DNA from: Abditibacteriaceae bacterium
Lineage (GTDB): Bacteria > Armatimonadota > Abditibacteriia > Abditibacteriales > Abditibacteriaceae
DNA length: 15,449 nucleotides
Direction of reading: 5' to 3'
NCBI GenBank assembly: GCA_031372065.1
Contig: JANMKN010000408.1
Location: forward strand, 1-15,449
Below, one piece after another: positions 8,953 through 14,313 of the stretch; the stretch's first letter is position 1; each line of letters starts with the position of its first letter. The translations under genes were made by a program, and so were the position numbers. The notes beneath the pieces were generated by a model that was not told the DNA's origin, made no database searches, and saw nothing but the letters and a program-made list of their open reading frames with translations.

Positions 8953-9765
8953 AATCTGTCTATGAGTCAACAAGTTCAAGCCGCGCCAGCGGTGGTCAAT
9001 CCGGCAATTAATCCGAAGGCGGCGCGTTCGGTGCATTTGGGTTATCCGGCGCCCGAAGGCACGTTGTTTTACAACGAAGCGACGGTGGAAGAATCGGTGC
9101 CCGGCAGCTATTTTATGGCGTGCGGTTTTCATCGCGGCTATTTTGGCATTCAGGAACTCGGCAACGGCAAAAAGGTGGTCTTGTTTTCAGTTTGGGACCC
9201 GACCAAAGGCGATAATCCGAACGCTGTGGCGCAGGAACACCAAGTGGAAGTCTTGAGCCAAGGCGAAGGCGTTGAAGTGTCGCGTTTTGGCGGCGAAGGC
9301 ACGGGCGGCAAAAGTATGTGGAATTACGATTGGAAAGTCGGCAACACTTACAAATTCCTCGTATCGGCCAAAGTGGACGGCGATAAAACCACCTTTGCCG
9401 GTTACTTTTTCGTGCCGGAGCAGCATCGCTGGCAACAAATGGCGACATTTCGCACCGCAACCGGCGGCGCGCCGCTCAAAGGTTATTATTCGTTTGTCGA
9501 AGATTTTCGCCGCGATGGAAAAAGCGCGGAAGAAATTCGTCGCGCGCGTTTTGGCAATGGCTGGATTCAAACCTTAACCGGCGATTGGATCGCTTTGCGC
9601 CGCGCGCGTTTTACCGCTGATGGCAACACGCAAATGCACATTAACGCAGGAGTTTCCGGCGAGGCGTTTTACTTGCAAAACGGTGGCGCGACGAAGAATA
9701 TCACTCCCCTACTCACTATATTGGAACGGCCTTTAAGCGGGCTTGATTTGCCGGAAATCAAATAG
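8842..9765 (+). CDS. DUF3472-like protein, probably exported (start uncertain: 8800, 8842 or 8962)
   Basis: ARSVHL.Y, FYNE.TV, SYFMACGF..GYFGIQ, VLFSVWD, FGGEGTGGKS and YSFVEDF resemble DUF3472 proteins. VQA-A could be a signal peptidase site. Confidence 0.75.
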   Translation: MTTATTVKALFSQHSPCKTNFQFFLRVFCATFVFFVFNLSMSQQVQAAPAVVNPAINPKAARSVHLGYPAPEGTLFYNEATVEESVPGSYFMACGFHRGYFGIQELGNGKKVVLFSVWDPTKGDNPNAVAQEHQVEVLSQGEGVEVSRFGGEGTGGKSMWNYDWKVGNTYKFLVSAKVDGDKTTFAGYFFVPEQHRWQQMATFRTATGGAPLKGYYSFVEDFRRDGKSAEEIRRARFGNGWIQTLTGDWIALRRARFTADGNTQMHINAGVSGEAFYLQNGGATKNITPLLTILERPLSGLDLPEIK

Positions 9766-9768
9766 TGA

Positions 9769-9863
9769 ATAGAACGCGAATTTCGCAAATTGCCGCTAAT
9801 TAGCGCAAATCTTTCTGAAAAATTTGCGTAGATTCGCGCTTATTTGCGAAATTTGCGTTCTAT
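9769..9863. repeat. Long intergenic palindrome with ATAGAAC...GTTCTAT termini
   Basis: The outer arms 9769-9790 and 9842-9863 are complementary at 21/22 positions (the exception is a G-T pair). Each arm has four CGCnAAT sub-repeats. Confidence 0.88.
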
Positions 9864-9874
9864 GAAAACAGCCA

Positions 9875-10723
9875 ATGAATACTTCCCTCGCTCCTCGTCC
9901 CAAACTCGCCATTTCTTCTTATTCTTACTGGCATTTTCGTGATCCAAAAATTCCAATAGAAGGCGTTATTGACCGCGCGGCGGCTCTGGGCGTTGAAGGT
10001 GTTGAAATTCTTCATCGTCAAATGGACAGCGAAGACAAAAGCTATGTGCAAAATCTCAAGCGCCGCGCTTTTGTCAATGGCTTGGATTTGATTTGCCTTT
10101 CGATTCATCAAAATTTCGTCTCGCCCGACAAAGAAAAACGCCAAGAGCAAATTGACCATACAGTGCGCTGCATTGAACTGGCATATGCGCTCGGCATTCC
10201 GTGCATTCGCATCAATTCGGGGCGTTGGAATACCGTCGCTTCGTTCGATGAACTGATGGCTTTGCGCGGCATTGAGCCGCCGATTGCAGGTTACAACGAA
10301 GACGACGCTTACAATTGGTGCATCGAATGTATGAACGCCTGCATGAGCAAAGCGCAAGAGTGCGGCGTGCTTTTGGCGTTGGAGAATCACTGGGGCTTAA
10401 CGCGCGAACCCGAAGGCGTTTTGCGCATCGTGGACGCCGTGAATTCGCCGTGGCTTGGCGTTTTAATGGATACCGGCAACTTTCTCGAAGCGCCTTACGA
10501 CAAACTCGAAATCATGGCACCGCGCACGGTTTTTGTGCAAGCCAAAACCTATTTTGGCGGCGGCGAATGGTATACGCTTGACCTTGATTATCATCGCATC
10601 GCTGCCATTTTGCGCGCTGTGAATTTCACTGGCTACATTTCACTGGAAATGGAAGGCAAAGAAGACCCCGATAGCGCCGTGCCAAAAAGCATTGAATTGC
10701 TGAGGCAAGCGTTTGATATTTAA
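9875..10723 (+). CDS. Sugar phosphate isomerase/epimerase (xylose-isomerase-like TIM barrel)
   Basis: GVEGVEIL, LALENHWG, DTGNF and GYISLEMEG metal-binding pattern. Confidence 0.88.
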   Translation: MNTSLAPRPKLAISSYSYWHFRDPKIPIEGVIDRAAALGVEGVEILHRQMDSEDKSYVQNLKRRAFVNGLDLICLSIHQNFVSPDKEKRQEQIDHTVRCIELAYALGIPCIRINSGRWNTVASFDELMALRGIEPPIAGYNEDDAYNWCIECMNACMSKAQECGVLLALENHWGLTREPEGVLRIVDAVNSPWLGVLMDTGNFLEAPYDKLEIMAPRTVFVQAKTYFGGGEWYTLDLDYHRIAAILRAVNFTGYISLEMEGKEDPDSAVPKSIELLRQAFDI

Positions 10724-10737
10724 GACCCCCTGAGATG

Positions 10738-10832
10738 AGCCACTACGCTTAGTTCGGCAAAAACGACGCTATTTTGGCCAAGAATTGCGTTGTTTTCGCG
10801 CTTGTTTTTGCGCCGCAGAAGGCGTAGCGGCT
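10738..10832. repeat. Imperfect nested inverted repeat (structured intergenic element)
   Basis: AGCCACTACGCTT / AGGCGTAGCGGCT (11/13) encloses AAAACGACGC...GCGTTGTTTT around TTGGCCAA. Confidence 0.55.
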
Positions 10833-10889
10833 ATTTCCCCCTGTTTCAAAACAACGCGGACGGGTAATAAGAAAACAGGAGGATTTATC

Positions 10890-11177
10890 ATGCATCCCAT
10901 TGTTATTCTGTTCCTGCTGTTTGCCGCGTTGGGCGTCGGTTATTTTCTGTGGGCCACCAAATCGGCCCTTGTCCTTGGCCCGCTGACCGCTTTGCGCGCA
11001 CAATTTGGCCTGTCAGACGGCGTGGTTGTGAAAATCGTCGTCGGAATTGTCGCGCTTTACATCCTTTATCAAATTTACGCCCTCGTCCAAACAGCGATGC
11101 ACAAACGTCAGGCCGATCAGCGCCTGCGCGACAACATGAAAGCCCAACAAGACAACCAATACACCAATCGTCGCTAA
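10890..11177 (+). CDS. Small hypothetical membrane protein (95 aa, two hydrophobic helices)
   Basis: AGGAGG RBS upstream of ATG 10890, two hydrophobic segments and a basic/polar tail. Confidence 0.7.
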   Translation: MHPIVILFLLFAALGVGYFLWATKSALVLGPLTALRAQFGLSDGVVVKIVVGIVALYILYQIYALVQTAMHKRQADQRLRDNMKAQQDNQYTNRR

Positions 11178-11229
11178 ATTCATTCAGCGGCACTATTCAG
11201 CGAATTCCCCTAATTACAGGCCGATTTCC

Positions 11230-11247
11230 TTCAGGGAATTCCCTGAA
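11230..11247. promoter_or_regulatory. Perfect 18-bp palindrome TTCAGGGAATTCCCTGAA (candidate operator)
   Basis: Exact dyad. A degenerate copy, TTCAGCGAATTCCCCTAA, is at 11196-11213. The core matches 3665-3678. Confidence 0.55.
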
Positions 11248-11345
11248 TTATCCATTTTCAGCCCAAAAATCATTGCTCAAAGCGTTCGCCTGTGCAATAA
11301 TGGCGCTATGTTCTGTGCTGCCGTCCAACTCTTGATGATTTGACC

Positions 11346-11597
11346 CTGAAACAGACTGTTCAAACAGCAAAGCAGACTGTTCAAACAGCAAAGCAGACTG
11401 TTCAAACAGCAAAGCAAACTGTTCAAACAGCAAAGCAAACTGTTCAACGCTTGAAACACACTGTTCAAGCGCTGAAGCAAACTGTTTGATGGTCAAAGCA
11501 AACGTCTTAACGCTTGAAACAAACGTCTCAAGGCTTCAAGCAAACGTTTCAACGCTTGAAACAAACAGCGAAACCGTTTCAATGTTTGCTTCAAGCG
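11346..11597. repeat. Array of 12 degenerate 21-bp units (idealised core TTGAAAC-AAAC-GTTTCAA)
   Basis: Exact 21-bp register from 11346. Units 2-5 are nearly identical (GCAAAGCARACTGTTCAA). The last unit (11577-11597) is inverted. Confidence 0.9.
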
Positions 11598-11660
11598 TTT
11601 TGTAGTATTGGTGGGGAAATCATTTTGTAGTTCGATTATTTTGCGAGGGGATGAGCCGCT

Positions 11661-12353
11661 ATGACCGAGGATTCGTCTGCCGCTGTATTGAGTGCAATGC
11701 CGTTGTTTCAGGGATTACCTGAGGCAACATTGAAGTATGTCGCCGACCACATGGAACGCCGCTGGTTCCCCAAGGGCATCACCTTATTAATGAAGCAGGA
11801 ACGCGGCCACAGCATTCTTTTTATCGAAAAGGGCCTCGCACGCGTGTGCGATAAAAGTTGCAAAAAAAATGAAGTTTTGATTGCTTTGTTGGGGCCGGGC
11901 GAGGTCATCGGCGAGATTCACGCTTTGGACGGCGAAGGCCACTCGGCGGATGTCATCGCCGCCCTTGATACCACTTGTTGGTTCATAGAAAAGAAAGTTT
12001 TCCTTGAATGTCTGCAAAAATTCCCCGATTTGATGATGAACCTGCTACGCCTAACGGCTAAGCGTTTGCGTCAATCCACAAATCAAATCGCCTTATTATC
12101 CACGCAGGACACACCGGGCCGACTCGCGCGCCAATTACAAATTTTAGGCGACCAATGTGGCGTTCCCACCGACGATGGCGGCATCGAAATCCCTCTTCCG
12201 ATTACGCAAGGCGATTTAGCCGCCTTAACCGGCACATCCCGTCAAAGCATCAACGCCGCCTTCACCCAATTTCGCTCGTTAAAGGCCGTTGATTACCGCA
12301 ATTGCCACTTCGTTATCCTTCGTCCCGACCTTCTCGAACAGCGTTGCCGCTGA
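11661..12353 (+). CDS. Crp/Fnr-family transcriptional regulator
   Basis: cNMP-binding-like domain (PLFQGL, LGPGEVIGEIHALDG..HSADVIA), C-helix RLRQST...RLARQL, and HTH ITQGDLAALTGTSRQSINAAF. Confidence 0.92.
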   Translation: MTEDSSAAVLSAMPLFQGLPEATLKYVADHMERRWFPKGITLLMKQERGHSILFIEKGLARVCDKSCKKNEVLIALLGPGEVIGEIHALDGEGHSADVIAALDTTCWFIEKKVFLECLQKFPDLMMNLLRLTAKRLRQSTNQIALLSTQDTPGRLARQLQILGDQCGVPTDDGGIEIPLPITQGDLAALTGTSRQSINAAFTQFRSLKAVDYRNCHFVILRPDLLEQRCR

Positions 12354-12365
12354 AATTCGCCCGAT

Positions 12366-12427
12366 TGTCAAAAATTTGACAGGGGGGTTGTCAAAAATTT
12401 GACAGGCACCCTGTCAAGTATTTGACA
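12366..12427. promoter_or_regulatory. Three tandem TGTCA-N6-TGACA boxes, 23-bp period (putative Crp-family operators)
   Basis: 12366-12381 TGTCAAAAATTTGACA, 12389-12404 identical, and 12412-12427 TGTCAAGTATTTGACA. Confidence 0.8.
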
Positions 12428-12446
12428 GCGAAACGCTGGACTTCTC

Positions 12447-12455
12447 TGAGATAAT
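12447..12455 (+). promoter_or_regulatory. Candidate extended -10 element (TG-A-GATAAT)
   Basis: It lies downstream of the third box. AGGAG RBS at 12477-12481 precedes ATG 12488. Confidence 0.4.
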
Positions 12456-12487
12456 CACATTGTCGTTCCGATTATCAGGAGAATTCC

Positions 12488-13141
12488 ATGCCCGATAGCG
12501 ATACGCCGCCAGACCCATTTGGCGATTTACTTACCAATTTCAACGACAAATTACAAAATGATGCCACCAAATACGGCGTCACGGCGGACGAATTAGACAA
12601 GCTCAACGAACTGGCGACGACCTATGTCACGAAGCGCCAGACCAAACGGGACAAAGCGCGCGAAGCCAATGCCGCAACAGCGGCGCTGAACACCGTAACC
12701 AAATCGGCCAGACCCTTTGTGAGCAAATTGCGGCAACGCATGAATTTGCACCCGGAGATGACCGACGAAAGCCGCCAGATTTATGACTTGACGCAACGTG
12801 GCGGCGCACGACCAACCTTGCAGTTGCCGGACGAAGCGCCGCTTTTGCGCCTCGATTTCGGCACACGCGGACGCATGACCATCCACGCCGGCCCCACCCC
12901 CGGCCAAGCCCGACGCAATGGCAAACCCAAAGGCGCTGTCGGCATTCTCGTGCAATGTCACGAAGGCGGCGTCCCGACCAGCGATAGCGAATGGCAACAT
13001 CTCGCTCAAGTCACCAGTTCACCGGTGACCCACCAACCCAGTAGCGGCACTCACACCTTCGCCTACCGTGCCTGCTACGTTGACCGCAAAGGCAATCGCG
13101 GCCCGTGGAGCCAAAGCGCCACCGGCACGATTTTGGGGTGA
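12488..13141 (+). CDS. Hypothetical protein: N-terminal helical region plus C-terminal fibronectin-III-like beta domain
   Basis: Good RBS. The N-terminal half is amphipathic helical. The C-terminal half has KP.GA.G, WQHLA and YRACYVDRKGNRGPWS, the last being a typical FN3-like closing motif. No signal peptide. Confidence 0.75.
   Translation: MPDSDTPPDPFGDLLTNFNDKLQNDATKYGVTADELDKLNELATTYVTKRQTKRDKAREANAATAALNTVTKSARPFVSKLRQRMNLHPEMTDESRQIYDLTQRGGARPTLQLPDEAPLLRLDFGTRGRMTIHAGPTPGQARRNGKPKGAVGILVQCHEGGVPTSDSEWQHLAQVTSSPVTHQPSSGTHTFAYRACYVDRKGNRGPWSQSATGTILG
12986..13138 (+). repeat. Direct repeat copy 1 (3' end of the hypothetical gene)
   Basis: 12986-13110 aligns with 14129-14252 with about 11 substitutions and 1 gap by manual alignment. 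Weaker similarity continues to about 13138 / 14279. Confidence 0.92.
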
Positions 13142-13163
13142 GGAGAAATCCGAAGAGGTTACA

Positions 13164-14120
13164 ATGGCACTTGGAGATGGAATCCGCAGAGATGGCATTC
13201 GTCGCAACATTGCGGCAGTTGATCCCGCAGAGAGAGCATTGCTTCGTGATGCCCTGCTTGAATTAAACCGCCGATTTTTCCTTGGAGGCAGAACCGACAC
13301 TCCAATTCCAGGTGGCGTCAGTTGGTGGTTCAAGCAAGATGAAATCCACCAGGCGACTCATGTGCATGGAGGCCCCGAATTCGTGCCGTGGCATCGAGAA
13401 CTCGTCAATCGAATGGAGCAGATGCTTCGGCAAATCAACCCGCAGCTTTCCCTGCACTACTGGGATTGGACCCAAGACCCTAGGGCCATTCCGAATGCCA
13501 ACTTGGGGGGAGGAACCAGAGGGACACTCAATCTGTTCACGCCGGACTTCATGGGCTACGGAGGTTCCACAAGACAGGTCATCGGTCCGCCTTGGCAGAA
13601 TGCTGCAGCGCCTTGGCGCAATGACGGATTCTACGTTCCGACGGCGAATCCTGACCGAGAAACATCTGACAACCCAGCAGACCCACCAAAAGCAGTGTTC
13701 CGGAGTGTTGCTGGAAATCCAGCTAACATTGCAGACGACCAAGACATCTTGGACGCGGTTGATTTTTCCGAAATGCGATTGCGATTGGAACTCGTTCACA
13801 ACGCCATGCATGGTTTCGTTAATATGGGCAGCCAGCACACATCTTTCAGGGATCCGTTTGTATTCCTCCTGCACTCGAATGTAGATCGTCTGTTCGCTCT
13901 TTGGCAAACCAACCCCATGCATCCTGAGCGATTGAATGCGAACACGGTTTATGGTTCAGAAAGTGACAACGCAGGTTTGAACAGTGGCATTGAACCATGG
14001 TCAGGCGTGCCAGCCACCGTCAGACCTTTTGCACCTCCAGAGAACCAACAGGTCGCCAAGACCTACAAAGACCCTACAGTAGTCAATCCACCCGATTACG
14101 ACACCAATCTTGGTGCCTAA
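13164..14120 (+). CDS. Tyrosinase-family (type-3 dicopper) protein
   Basis: CuA region IHQATHVHGGPEFVPWHR, then YWDWT, and CuB region HNAMH...M...SFRDPFVFLLHSNVDRLFALWQ. GAGG RBS upstream of ATG 13164. Confidence 0.9.
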   Translation: MALGDGIRRDGIRRNIAAVDPAERALLRDALLELNRRFFLGGRTDTPIPGGVSWWFKQDEIHQATHVHGGPEFVPWHRELVNRMEQMLRQINPQLSLHYWDWTQDPRAIPNANLGGGTRGTLNLFTPDFMGYGGSTRQVIGPPWQNAAAPWRNDGFYVPTANPDRETSDNPADPPKAVFRSVAGNPANIADDQDILDAVDFSEMRLRLELVHNAMHGFVNMGSQHTSFRDPFVFLLHSNVDRLFALWQTNPMHPERLNANTVYGSESDNAGLNSGIEPWSGVPATVRPFAPPENQQVAKTYKDPTVVNPPDYDTNLGA

Positions 14121-14128
14121 TCAACAAA

Positions 14129-14279
14129 AGCGAGTGGCAACATCTCGCTCAAGTCACCAGTTCACTGGTGACTCACCAACCACGTAGCGGCACTCCCCTT
14201 TAGCCTACAGTGCCTGCTACGTTGACCGCAAAGGCAATCGCGGCTTGTGGAGTTTTCACTCCACAAGAGCGATTATGGG
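14129..14279 (+). pseudogene. Direct repeat copy 2: degenerate fragment of the 3' end of the 12488-13141 gene
   Basis: It encodes SEWQHLAQVTSSLVTHQPRSGT, then a 1-nt deletion, then AYSACYVDRKGNRGLWS in the shifted frame. Confidence 0.85.
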
Positions 14280-14313
14280 CAATGAAAAACAAAATTTGCT
14301 GAAAAGGAATATC

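Noticed and set aside
11248..11496. Minus-strand ORFs with LLFEQSA / LNSLLCC repeats
   Set aside because: They are translations of the tandem array with no convincing start or RBS. The coiled-coil-like + frame has stops immediately upstream and no start.
11346..11597. CRISPR array (GTTTCAA and TTGAAAC resemble CRISPR repeat ends)
   Set aside because: The units are contiguous 21-mers with no unique spacers, and no cas genes are in the window.
11661..12353. Calling the regulator CooA or FNR
   Set aside because: It lacks the shortened CooA heme-ligand segment and the N-terminal FNR Cys cluster. Only the recognition helix is CooA-like.
13068..13163. N-terminal extension of the tyrosinase
   Set aside because: It overlaps the upstream gene, and the RBS supports ATG 13164.
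12986..14252. Diversity-generating retroelement VR/TR pair
   Set aside because: The differences are not adenine-specific on either strand (A/G, C/T, C/A and an indel), and no reverse transcriptase is visible.
14236..14274. Integron attC site or intrinsic terminator
   Set aside because: It has no RYYYAAC/GTTRRRY boxes, no integrase is in the window, and no U-tract follows the stem.
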